This document shows positions 53,458 to 64,000 of a stretch of 64,000 nucleotides of DNA, one piece after another. This DNA comes from Salpingoeca rosetta (taxonomy: Eukaryota; Protista; Choanoflagellata). The translations under genes were made by a program, and so were the position numbers. Below the pieces are notes generated by a model. The model made no database searches, was not told the origin of the DNA, and saw only the letters and a list, made by a program, of their open reading frames with translations. How positions within the stretch are numbered: the first letter of the stretch is position 1; every line of letters begins with the position of its first letter. The stretch lies in assembly GCA_033442325.1 (NCBI GenBank), contig JAWQFM010000007.1:339609-403608 (forward strand), in the 5' to 3' direction.

Positions 53458-55967
53458 ATGACTAGCGTGGCGGTGAGCAGCCCTCTGTGTGTGTGTGTGT
53501 GGGTGTGAGTGTGAGTGTGTGTGTGGGTGTGAGTGTGTTTGTATGTTTGTACGTGGGTGTGTGTGGGTGCGGGTGGTTGTGCGATTGCGTTGCTGGGTGC
53601 ATGTGTCAGCAGACGCCACGTTGTCACGCCACACAGCATCACAACACCGCACCACGCTCATCATGCTCATCTGTCCACACAATGACCCCCACTTGTGCAG
53701 GATGAACAAAGGAAGGCCGACTTCCAGATTGAGCCGTCGAAGGTGAAGCCCACCATCGACGCCAGCGACTGGCCTCTCCTCCTCAAGGTCTGTGTGTGTG
53801 TATGTGTGCCTGTGTTGTGTGTGTGTGTGCCTGTGTTGTGTGTGTGTGTGCCTGTGTTGTGTGTGTGCTTGTGTTGTGTGTGTGCGAGTTGGGTGAAATC
53901 AAACGGGATGGCTTTTTTGGGGATGGCTGTTCCAAATCTGCCATCACACGCTGCGACCTTGTTCCTCCAGCGCAACACAACACAACACAACACAACACAA
54001 CACAACACAACACAACACAACACACGCATGTGCGCACTTGTTCCCTCTTATCCACTCGCATTTATTCACACACACACACACACACACACCTTTCCTCCCT
54101 CTCCTTCCCTTCCCTCCCCACCCCAACAACAACACACAACAACAGGACTTTGACAAGCTGAACATTCGCAGCAACCACTACACCCCGCTGCCAAACGGCT
54201 GCTCGCCGCTGAAGCGCAAGATCCACGACTATGTGCGCAGTGGTGTGATCAACCTCGACAAGCCAGCCAACCCGTCCTCCCACGAGGTTGTCGCCTGGAT
54301 CCGCCGCATTCTCAAGGTGGAGAAGACGGGCCACAGCGGCACGCTGGACCCAAAGGTCACGGGCTGCCTGATTGTGTGCATCGACCGCGCCACGCGCCTG
54401 GTCAAGTCGCAGCAGAACGCGGGCAAGGAGTACGTCGGCCTTGTTCGCCTCCACAGCGCCATTGACGGCGAGGTCGCGCTTGCCCAGGCCCTGGAGAAGC
54501 TCACCGGTGCCCTCTTCCAGCGCCCGCCCCTCATCTCCGCCGTCAAGCGCCAGCTGCGCGTGCGCACCATCTACGAGTCGAAGCTGCTCGAGTACGACAA
54601 CGACCGCCACCTCGGCATCTTCTGGGTCAAGTGCGAGGCCGGTACATACATCCGTACCCTGTGCGTGCACCTTGGCTTCCTCCTCGGCGTTGGCGGCCAC
54701 ATGCAGGAGCTGCGCCGCGTCCGCTCCGGTATCCAGAGCGAGGCAGACAACCTCGTCACCATGCACGACGTGCTCGACGCACAGTGGCACTACGAAAACA
54801 CACGCGATCAAACCTACCTTCGCCGTGTGGTGCGTTCTCCCTGCTGCGTTGTGATTTGTGCGCATGGTTTTGCGTCTGTACCGCGTGAGGTGCTGCCCTC
54901 TCGCTTGCCTCTTATCAAGGCCATCTGTGGGGCTGCTGCGTTTCCACCCACACATATGGTGCCGCCTCTGCCAAGTGTTATGCAAAACACTGACCACCAC
55001 CCTATCATGTGCTTGTGCTTTGGGTGTGCCACAGATCCAACCCCTGGAGATTCTGCTCACGGGACACAAGCGCGTCGTGGTTAAGGACAGCGCTGTCAAC
55101 GCCATCTGCTACGGCGCCAAGCTCGTGAGTGGCACGGCCCACGCGGCTGCGACCCAGCTGATTATCTCCCCCCCCCCCACACACACACACACACTCACGC
55201 ACACATGCACGCACGCACGCACCAGCTCTCCCTTTTTCCCCTTTGCAATGTGTGTGTGCGCTCACAACACTATCTGCTTGTGTGCAGATGATTCCTGGAC
55301 TGTTGCGGTATGCGGACGGTATTGAGATTGACGAGGAGTGCGTCATCCTCACGACAAAGGGCGAGGCTGTTGCCGTCGGTACGTTTGCTTCCCCACATGT
55401 GTGTGTGTGTGTGTTGGTGTAAGAGGATGCGTTTACATTTGTGCTTGTGTGTGTGTGCGTCTGTGTGTGTGTGTGCGTCGTATCGTTCAGTGTGAATGCT
55501 TTACAACATGATAGGTTTCAAGTACGCTGCTTTCTCGCGGTTTGCCACCACCCGCTCACACTTCACACACTCTTTCTCTCCACCTTCCCGCGCCCTCAAC
55601 AACAGGCATTGCGTGCATGACGACTGCTGTGATGGCGACGTGCGATCACGGCGTCGTTGCCAAGATCAAGCGTGTGATTATGGAGCGTGACACATACCCG
55701 CGGCAGTGGGGTCTTGGCCCTCGCGCCGCCGCCAAGAAGAAGCTGATCCAGGCCGGCAAGCTTGACAAGTACGGCCGCCCCAACGACAAGACGCCCAAGG
55801 ACTGGCTCAACGGCTACGTCGACTACGCAGCTGCTGCTGCCGCCGTCGCTGCAACAGAGACACAGGACGCAGACGACAGCAACCCGGCCAAGAAGGTGTG
55901 TCACGCTAGTTTGCCATTGGAAAAGAGAGGGGAAGTAGATGGCTCTCTTTTTCAGTTTTGTTGCATC

Positions 55968-56026
<59 letters not shown>

Positions 56027-56954
56027 TCGTGTGTGATCGTGCCTTGGACTGATTGTTTTTTTTTGGGGGGGGGGGTGTGTGTTTGGGCGCACCACCATTG
56101 GGACCGACTGACACTGGTTGCTGATTTTTGTGTAATGTCTGCAGCGCAAGCAATCGGAGGACGTGTCTGAGCCATCCACGCCCGTGAAGGAGTCAAAGAA
56201 GGCAAAGACAGAGGTGTGTGTTGACGTGTTTGGAGCGACCTTTATGTGGCCATTGTGAATTGAGATCGTCGTCATCGTGTGTGTGTGTGCGTGTCTTTGG
56301 TGTTTGTGTGTTTCTGTTTGCAGCTGCGTGTGAATGCACGTTGGTGTTGTGGATCGACTGCAGCCTTCTATTTGCATGCCGCTCAACCTTGCTTTTTCTC
56401 CTGCGGCTTGTGTGTGTGTGTGCGTGTTTGTGTGTCTGTGTAACAGGATGAGCCCAAGAGCGAGAAGAAGAAGAAGAAGAAAAAGAGCAAGGACAAGGAC
56501 GAGGTGCGTTGTGATGGTTGTGATACAATTTTTGTGAATGTGCGCCTGTGCGTTTGCATTCCTTGACCGTGCTTGCGGTTTTATTCGCTCTTGTGCTTTG
56601 GGGGTCGCCGCTGCTTTCTACGATTTGCTCATGTCGTCTGCGTGCCTGTGTTGCGTTTCTTTGCACACCAACAGCCAAGCACACCCAAGAGCGAGAAGAA
56701 GAAGAAGAAGAAGTCGAAGGACGCTGTAAGTGTGTGGTGCTATGGCTGCTTTGGGTGCAACTGACATTGCGTTGTCTTGCGGTCATTGTGATGTTAAAGT
56801 TCCTGTCGTTGTTTTGTTTGCATGCACTGCAAGCTGCAATCCTTGGCATGCCCTTACGCCTCGTGCCTCGACGCGCTTTTGCTTCTTTGAACTGCTGCAG
56901 GACACACCCAAGAGCGAGAAGAAGAAGAAGTCCAAGAAGTCCAAGGACGAGTGA
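53458..56954 (+). CDS. DKC1: Dyskerin/Cbf5 H/ACA snoRNP pseudouridine synthase
   Basis: Contains [58 protein letters not shown], the PUA domain [42 protein letters not shown] and a Lys-rich tail. ATG at 53458, TGA at 56952-56954. Confidence 0.97.
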
Positions 56955-57546
56955 GGCACCACAATCGTGTTTTTCTCTCTTGTCCTGTGTTTTGAGTCGT
57001 ATGAGTGGCTTGCTTTGTTATTTCGCTTCCTGTCGTCTCTTCCTACGTGTGTGCGTGTGCGTGTGCGTGAGCGTGAGCGCGTGTATTTGGCCCCAGATTC
57101 TTCCCCGCTTTTCTTGATTCGATATCCTCCGTTTGCATCGGTGTGTGTGTGTGTGTTTGCTTTGCTTGGGAGTTGGCTTGTTGTTCAAGCGCTCCAAGCT
57201 CCATGCCTGTGTGTGTGTGTGTGTGTGCGTCATTCATTTGACACCTTCCCTTGTTGCCGTGCTTGTTGTGATGTGATGATGCATTTCAGTGTTGGTCCAT
57301 GCAACATGAAGGGGAAGGGGGAATGTAACACAAGAAACAATGGTTGCACTGAATTCAGATGTTGAAGAAGACGGGTTTGCACATGTGCCGTGTGATTGGA
57401 GGTGGTGCTTCTCTCTTTTGTTGAGCCCTGCAACTTTGAATGTCGTTTATTGAAAGCATGGTGTGAGCAAGGTTTCACGTGTAATGAATGTAATGTACCA
57501 TGCCATGCAGAGCTTGTCTGCAAGCTGATGCACACAACCACCACCG

Positions 57547-57734
57547 TCACCTCTCTGAGGGCTCCAAGTACTTCATGTCGAGATAGTCAAACACATCCTT
57601 CTCGCAGGTGACGGGCAGCGCATCCCCCATTGTCCCTTTCTCGCCCATGGGCCTGATGCGAGGAGAAAAGAGGACATGAGCGGTTGCAAGGAGTGTGTGG
57701 CTGAGGTGTGGCACGCAGACGCAGACGCAGACCT

Positions 57735-57767
<33 letters not shown>

Positions 57768-58887
57768 TGCAGACGCAGAGGTGTCATCACACAAAACAAC
57801 ACAACACAACACAACACAACCACAACCACAACACACACCTGATTGCGTATTCGTTGAGGTGGAAGCCGAGGTCGATGGCCTTTCGTCGCATGTCCTTGTT
57901 GAGCTCGTCGCTGCCCGTGAAGTAGAGGAGTGCGAGCGGGTACTGGTCCGCCGGCCAGAACCGGACGTCGATGCGGCGGTATTTGCCCTCGCCCGCCTTG
58001 GGCGCCTCGCGGTCCCGGCACACCCCCATAAACTGGACGTCGTCGTGGTTGTGCGGTGGTGGAATGATGGTAGCGTGGGTGGTGGTGGAATGATGGTAGC
58101 GTGGGTGGGCAGTGGTGAGGTGGTTCCACGCTGATGAATAGATAACCCGAACCACGCATTATACGAGTAGTCTGCACACACACACACACACGCACGCACG
58201 CACACACACCTTTGTTTGGCCGCAGCTGAGCGAGTCTGTGACGAACTTGTGCTTCTGCATGGCAGCGACAACCTTTGCGAGCAGGCCAGCAAACCGCGGC
58301 TTTGTGATCTTGCCTTTCTCGTCCTTGTGCTCAGACGTAAACCTGGCAAGCGTGGTGTTGTGTGTGTGTGTGTGTGTGATCGTGTGAAATTGCGCGTGAA
58401 TGTGTACACATGTGCACATCCTCACACAAGCCGACACGTAGCTCCCTTCCCCCCTCCCCCCTGCCTACCAACTGACTCTGGGTGCGTCATGAGGATGTCA
58501 ATGTCACCGGACGAAGAGGCGCCACGACGGTAGCTCCCGCACACCTCCGCCGTTAGCTTTGGATCAACCTCGGAGATGATTGCAAACGCCTGTGAGGATA
58601 TGTACATCCATAGGTAGTCGTTGCACGATGTGATGTGGCTTGGTAGGTGAGCCTTGGCACGAGCGCTATGTATCAGCAAGCAAACAAGCAGGATGGCCTC
58701 GCACAACGACAGGGAGCTGTGTCCTTTCCTGACCTGTTTGCGCAGCCTGTCGACCTCATCCCGTGGGATGCGCTCCTCAAAGTCGTGGTGGTGCTTCAAC
58801 CCAATGCGCTGTGTGCTGGTCAGGCCCGACTGCTTTGCCAGCTCCTCAAGCGTCGTCACCCCCTGGCACAAATACACGTGCACGTGT

Positions 58888-58931
<44 letters not shown>

Positions 58932-59263
58932 GTGTTGTGTTGTGCGTGTTTGCATGAATGTGTCGTGTGTAGAGATGAGGAAAGCAAGACAGGAGTGCCC
59001 CAAGCCACAATAGCAAAGACAGACACCTCCACACATGCGTGTGCGCTCTCGCACACACACACACACATGACACTGACCTGGTCAACAAACTTGCGGGCTG
59101 CGGCTGGTCCAAAGCCAACGACGCTGGCAATACTGCGTTGCAACTCAAACAACGACCACAACATGAGAGCGCGTCGCTGCATTGCACCACATCTGCACCA
59201 CCGTTGGTCATCAACACATGCAAGACGTGCGTGTTGCGCAACAAGAGCACACACAAAACACAG

Positions 59264-59307
<44 letters not shown>

Positions 59308-60140
59308 ACACACGCACGCACACACGCACACAAAACACACACGCACACACACACGCACGCACACACGCACACACATACAAACAAAAGCAAAGAGTATTAG
59401 CTGACAGCTGGATAGCCTTTGACGTTGGATCTGCGTGGATGTCCTCGAGCTTCTTGAGCTTGCCCGTGCTGAGGAATTCGTCAATCTTCTTTGCAATCTT
59501 CTCCCCGACGCCCTGCAAGGCCTTTGCCTCCTTGCCAGAGCTGATCCTGGCGAATGGGCAAAAGCAATGGCATGGGCGAGATGTGTCAGTATGAGCATGT
59601 GCAGATGTGTGTTGTTGTTGTTGGTGGTGGTGGTGGTGGTGGTGGTGTTGTTGTTGTTGTTGTTGCGTGCATCTGTATATCAGAAAAACAATGAACAAAC
59701 AAGCAAACAAAACACGCTTGCACAAAGGCACATTTGCATACCATCCCCTCGTACACACACAAACACACACACACGCACACCTGGATGGGTGGGCGGCGAT
59801 GGCTCTGCTTGCTTTGCGGTATGCGTTGTGTTTGTGGATGTGGCGCGAGACGTTCTTCTCGTAGTCTGCAAGCTCGTTGAGAAACGCGCAAATGTCTGCG
59901 TTCACGTTTCCCTTTGCCCGCTCTAAGGGGGGGGGGGGGAGAGAAAGTGAGCGCAAGGGAGTGAGCGCAAGAGGGTGAGCGCAAGGGAGTGAGCGCAAGG
60001 GAGTGAGCGCAAGAGGGTGAGCGCAAGAGGGTGAGTGCAAGGATCACATCGAGAGACCATCCCCCCATCATCAGCGACATCAGCGACGCACTTGTGCCGG
60101 CAACTGCTTCCGCAGCAACTTTCCGCTTTGCCTCAGACAT
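57547..60140 (-). CDS. POLB: DNA polymerase beta (family X), about 9 exons
   Basis: Spliced motifs ELADYEKNVSRHIHKHNAYRKA, SGKEAKALQGVGEKIAKKIDEFL, GFGPAAARK, QRIGLKHHHDFEERIPR, VCGSYRRGASSSGDIDILMTHP (catalytic DxD), RRIDVR, LLYFTGSD and EKDVFDYLDMKYLEPSER*. Confidence 0.96.
57714..57779. repeat. (GCAGAC)n hexanucleotide repeat in the last POLB intron
   Basis: About 11 imperfect units. Confidence 0.9.
59947..60042. repeat. 14-bp minisatellite (GTGAGCGCAAGGGA/GAGG) x7 in POLB intron 1
   Basis: Seven tandem units with two variants. Confidence 0.92.
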
Positions 60141-60419
60141 GTTTGGCTTCAGTAGGGATGTAGACTGGTTTCAGTTGAGCCTGATTTCAGTCTATACGGC
60201 CTGCAGCAACTGAATTCATGCTCGGTACTGCGTCTGACGCAATTTGTGCGTTTAGGGGCATCATAGGCCCGGCAGGTGGCGACGCAACAGGGCGATCGCT
60301 GTGAACATTCCGTCTTGCTTCATTTCCAACACGTCCCCGACCAAAAACTGACAGTGCCCAACACGAGGGCTGACGAAGTAGGTAGTGGTGACATAATGTG
60401 CAGCATGATCGATGATGTG

Positions 60420-60454
<35 letters not shown>

Positions 60455-60761
60455 GCACGATGTGTGTGAAGCAAGCTTAGGCGAGTGAGCGATATGCGTG
60501 AGGGTGAATGGGTTGGCTGGTTGGGAAGCTTGCCAGCGCCGACAAAGCTGCAGCTCAGCAACAGCATGCATGGCTGATGTGACTGGTCATTGTCATTCAT
60601 TTATTCATTCATGCATGCATTGACCACCTCACACACACACACACCACCACACACACACACACGCACACACACACACACCTATTTCTGCCTAACAACCACA
60701 ACCACCACCCTCTCCACCCCTGGCTTCCGCTGACTGCTCCCTTTCCGCGACAGCAGCAACA

Positions 60762-62066
60762 ATGGCATCTGTGCTGAGGAAGGCGCCCAAGTTGGTGACG
60801 CTGGATGCGGCGGCATCGTCGCTGATCCAATCCAACAACCGCATTGTGACGGCGATGGCCGTCTCTGAGCCGCACGGCTTTTTCTCCAAGCTGGAGACGT
60901 TTGTCAAGGACCGCGAGAACGTGCAGGTGTACTGCGCCAACCCGAACCGCGCCTACAACGCCTTTCGACAGGAGCAGCTCAAGGGCAAGCTGTCGCTGAC
61001 CACCATGTTCCTCACGCACGCCGTGCGCAACCTGCAGGGCCACGGCGTCGTGTACTATGCGCCGCACAACCTGCGTGAGTGGGGCCCGCTCCTGTGCCGC
61101 AAGCCCATTGACGTGTTCTGGGGCACGTGCACGCCGCCCACGGACCAAGGGTACGTCAGCCTGGGCCCCTCTGCCGTGTACGAGGTGGAGGCGCTGCTGC
61201 ACGCCAAGCAGGTGGTGCTGGAGGTGAACCCGAACATGCCCTTCTGCCACGGCGCGACGACGCTGCGCCTGAGCGACGTGGACTACCTGATTGAGCCCGA
61301 GGAGAACTCGACGCTGGACCTGCTGACGGAGGAGCGGCGGCCCTCGGACGAGATTGACATGCAGATTGCGCAGCACGTGGCCACGCTCATCCCGGACGGC
61401 GCCACGCTGCAGTTTGGCATTGGCGGGATCCCCAATGCGCTGGCGCACGCGCTGCTGAACCACAGGGATCTGGGCGTGCACACGGAGATGATCAACGACG
61501 CCGTGGTTGACCTGGCCAAGGCCGGCGTGATCACGGGCAACTGCAAGTCGCAGTGGCCGCGCAAGATGGTGGGCGCGTTTGCGCTGGGCTCCAAGCAGCT
61601 GTACGAGTACATTGACAACAACCCGGGCGTCATCTTCAAGCCCGGCTCGCAGGTGAACGACCCCGTTGTGTTTGGCAACAACCACCGCATGGTCTCTGTG
61701 AACACGTGCGTGGAGATGGACCTGACGGGCCAGGTGTGCAGCGAGTCTGTTGGCCACCGCGAGCTGAGCGGCGTGGGCGGGGCCGCGGACACGCACATTG
61801 GCGCACAGCGGTCGCCGGGTGGACGGGCCATCATCGCCCTGCGCAGCCAGAGCAAGCGCGGCAGCTCCAAGATTGTCTCTGAGCTCATGCCTGGGGCGAA
61901 GGTGAGCATCACGCGCAACGACCTGGACACGGTGGTGACGGAGTATGGCATTGCGGAGCTCAAGGGCATGAACACCGCCGACCGTTGCCGCGCCCTCATC
62001 AGCATCGCCCACCCGTCTGCTCGTGACGAGCTCACGGAGCAGGCCCGCAAGCACTGCTACATCTGA
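60762..62066 (+). CDS. Intronless acetyl-CoA hydrolase/transferase family protein (4-hydroxybutyrate or acetate:succinate CoA-transferase-like)
   Basis: 434-aa ORF with PPTDQGYVSLG, LEVNPNMP, IPDGATLQFGIGGIPNA, DLGVHTEM (catalytic Glu), DLTGQVCSES, SGVGG and VVTEYGIAEL..RALISIAHP. Confidence 0.93.
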   Translation: MASVLRKAPKLVTLDAAASSLIQSNNRIVTAMAVSEPHGFFSKLETFVKDRENVQVYCANPNRAYNAFRQEQLKGKLSLTTMFLTHAVRNLQGHGVVYYAPHNLREWGPLLCRKPIDVFWGTCTPPTDQGYVSLGPSAVYEVEALLHAKQVVLEVNPNMPFCHGATTLRLSDVDYLIEPEENSTLDLLTEERRPSDEIDMQIAQHVATLIPDGATLQFGIGGIPNALAHALLNHRDLGVHTEMINDAVVDLAKAGVITGNCKSQWPRKMVGAFALGSKQLYEYIDNNPGVIFKPGSQVNDPVVFGNNHRMVSVNTCVEMDLTGQVCSESVGHRELSGVGGAADTHIGAQRSPGGRAIIALRSQSKRGSSKIVSELMPGAKVSITRNDLDTVVTEYGIAELKGMNTADRCRALISIAHPSARDELTEQARKHCYI

Positions 62067-62566
62067 CCACGCATATGTTCGTGTGTGTGTGTGTGTTGTG
62101 TGCGTGTATGTGTGATGTGTGTGTCGATGGGTGGATGCGTGTGTGTGTGTGTGTGTGTGTGTGTTGTGTGCGTGGATGCCTGCTGCGATGGTATCACACC
62201 ACACCACATCACATCACATCACACCACATCACATCACACATCACAGTTCGAGCTACACCCTCCTCTTTCTCCTTCCTTTGAGCTGTGTGGTGTTTCAAAA
62301 GGTCAGCCGAGCTGCTTGCAGTCATGTCGTGTGTTTGTTTCTTTCTTGTTTATGACCGGTTGACACCAACGTGAAGTGAACTGAACTGAAGTGAAGCGAT
62401 TGACAACCACACGACATTCATTCATTCAGCAGTCAATCAATGCATGAAGCAATCAAATAAGCAAAAGCAGAACGAAGCAAAGCGGAAGAAAACACACACA
62501 CACACACACACACACTCACTCACACACACACTCACTCACTCACACACACACACACACAGAGCACGT

Positions 62567-63454
62567 TTATGCGGGGGAGACCGGGGTGGAGGAAGCGCGC
62601 GTCTTGCCGGAGAAGATGGGCGTAAACTTCATGCCGTCCATGACCACTTGCTCCATGGTGGTGCTGCGACGCTTGTGGCGGCGAGAGCGACGAAGCCCGC
62701 TGCGGCGTGGGCTGCGGCGTGGGCTGCGACGTGGGCTGGCCTGCTGCGTGGCGTTTGTCTTCTTCGTCGTGGCTGTTGTTGCCTGCGCCTCATCGTTACT
62801 CGTGGCGTTGGCGTTGGCGAGCGCGGCGCGGGTGAGGGCGCGCGATGGGAGCAGCGCAGCAGAAAGGCGGCCATGTCGCTGCTGCTGCTGCTGCTGCTCT
62901 TGCAGGGCCTTGAAGACGTGGAGGAGCAGCAGGTCGTGGTACATGCAGTCCATGAGTGTCTGCTCAATGGTGGTCTTGCGCTGCAGGCGCTTCTTGCTCG
63001 CCTTGCTGCGCTTGCTGTTCTGCTGACGAGCCGCCTTGGGCGAAGGCGTGGCCATGCGGCGAGGTGTCGCAGGCGCAGAACGCGGCCCGCTGCTGCTGTC
63101 GTTGATGGTGGTGGTGGTGGAAGTGGTCACCGTGGCCGTGCCGAGGCGCTGGGGAAGGCGGCGCAGCTTGTAGGGCAGGGAGGCCAGGCGGGCGGCCATG
63201 GCCCGCTTCTTGCGCGAGGCGCGTGGGCGAAGCACCATGTGCGTCGAAGGAGATGAAGGAGAAGTCGAAGCAGAAGCCAAACTCGAAGTCCAGGTGGTGG
63301 CAGCGAGATCGCCGCACAGCTTGTTCAGGAACGCCTTGCCCTCAGTCACAGTTGCCTCCATGGACTGGGTGCGCTCCACCGGCGACGTGGCGACAAGTGG
63401 AGTGGCAGCGTTGGTGGCGGTGGTGGTGGCGGTGGTGGTGGGAGTTGGAGCCAT
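62567..63454 (-). CDS. Intronless basic, Ser/Thr/Arg-rich hypothetical protein (295 aa) with SPRR repeats
   Basis: Clean ORF with an A/C-rich leader (caacATG) and (GT)n just after the stop, like other genes here. No recognisable domain; contains SPRRSPRRSPRRS. Confidence 0.55.
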   Translation of the reverse strand: MAPTPTTTATTTATNAATPLVATSPVERTQSMEATVTEGKAFLNKLCGDLAATTWTSSLASASTSPSSPSTHMVLRPRASRKKRAMAARLASLPYKLRRLPQRLGTATVTTSTTTTINDSSSGPRSAPATPRRMATPSPKAARQQNSKRSKASKKRLQRKTTIEQTLMDCMYHDLLLLHVFKALQEQQQQQQRHGRLSAALLPSRALTRAALANANATSNDEAQATTATTKKTNATQQASPRRSPRRSPRRSGLRRSRRHKRRSTTMEQVVMDGMKFTPIFSGKTRASSTPVSPA

Positions 63455-64000
63455 GTTGCTGTTGTTTGTTGCTGTTTGTTGTTGTTGTTTGTTGCTGCTG
63501 AAAGAAAGAAGGAAGGGAGATGGAGCGAGTGCTTGCTTGCTTGGTTGCTTGCTTGGTTGCTTGGTTGATCCAGTGAGGAAAATGATCCATCACCGCTTCA
63601 TCGTCGCACTTGTAGTCGCCATCACCGCGTGTATGTGTTGGTGGGGCAGGACCAGTGTATGTGTGGTGGTGAGCATGGGTGTTTGCTGGTGGTTTGCGGG
63701 GTTTGTGGCTGCGGGCGAATCCAGACGCGTTCACGGAAAAGTGCTGACTCAGCTATGTATTTGCTGTGACATGTCAAACATGTTTTGGCATGGCAAGGTG
63801 CACAAACACAAGATTGTGCTGTCGGTAGAGGTTGTGCTTGATGTTTGCGAGGAGTTGGCGAAGGTTTTCAAGGACGTGGATGTGTTGGTGTGGATGCGTT
63901 GTGTCTGTGTGTGTGTGTGTGTCTGTGTGTCTGTGTGTGTGTCTGTGTGTGTGTCTGTGTGTGTGTGTGTGTGTCAGTGTGTGTCTGTGTGTGTGTGTGT

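Noticed and set aside
53788-56900. Intronic H/ACA snoRNAs in dyskerin (hairpins near 53920-53945 and 54920-54960)
   Set aside because: I could not find a convincing hairpin-H box-hairpin-ACA layout by eye; it needs a snoRNA or Infernal search.
59947-60042. CRISPR-like array
   Set aside because: Contiguous 14-bp units without unique spacers, in a eukaryotic intron, with no cas genes.
60609-62207. 532-aa antisense ORF over the CoA-transferase (also 23419-24357, 49607-50440, 54062-55105)
   Set aside because: Shadow ORFs caused by high-GC3 codon usage on the coding strand.
63771-63887. Possible first exon on + (MSNMFWHGKVHKHKIVLSVEVVLDVCEELAKVFKDVDVL) before a GT tract
   Set aside because: Short, no recognisable homology, and the rest would lie beyond the window.

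Overview
Eukaryotic, gene-dense, intron-rich DNA. Introns are packed with (GT)n/(CA)n microsatellites and there are six N-gaps. This style and the holozoan-like proteins suggest a choanoflagellate, probably Salpingoeca rosetta (inference). I spliced genes by hand from GT..AG boundaries and protein similarity recalled from memory; no database search was run. Genes in order: FAM91A1 (+), nurim (-), XMAP215/ch-TOG (+, about 31 exons), an intronless SAM-methyltransferase-like gene (-), an ALDH9/BetB-like dehydrogenase missing its middle (+), a PIF1 helicase with a Cys4 insertion (-), a 5'-truncated RLE-type non-LTR retrotransposon (+), an intronless F-box-like/LRR-like gene (+), cytosolic carboxypeptidase AGBL4/CCP6 (-), UBE2G2 (+), a ricin-lectin/C1GALT1-like GT31 fusion (+), dyskerin (+), DNA polymerase beta (-), an intronless bacterial-like CoA-transferase (+) and a basic SPRR-repeat orphan (-). 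The most striking unexplained pattern is repeat polarity on the sense strand: G/T repeats follow 5' splice sites and stop codons, while complementary C/A repeats precede 3' splice sites and start codons. This hints at microsatellite-based or RNA-structure-based intron/exon definition. Most long ORFs in the supplied track are microsatellite artefacts.
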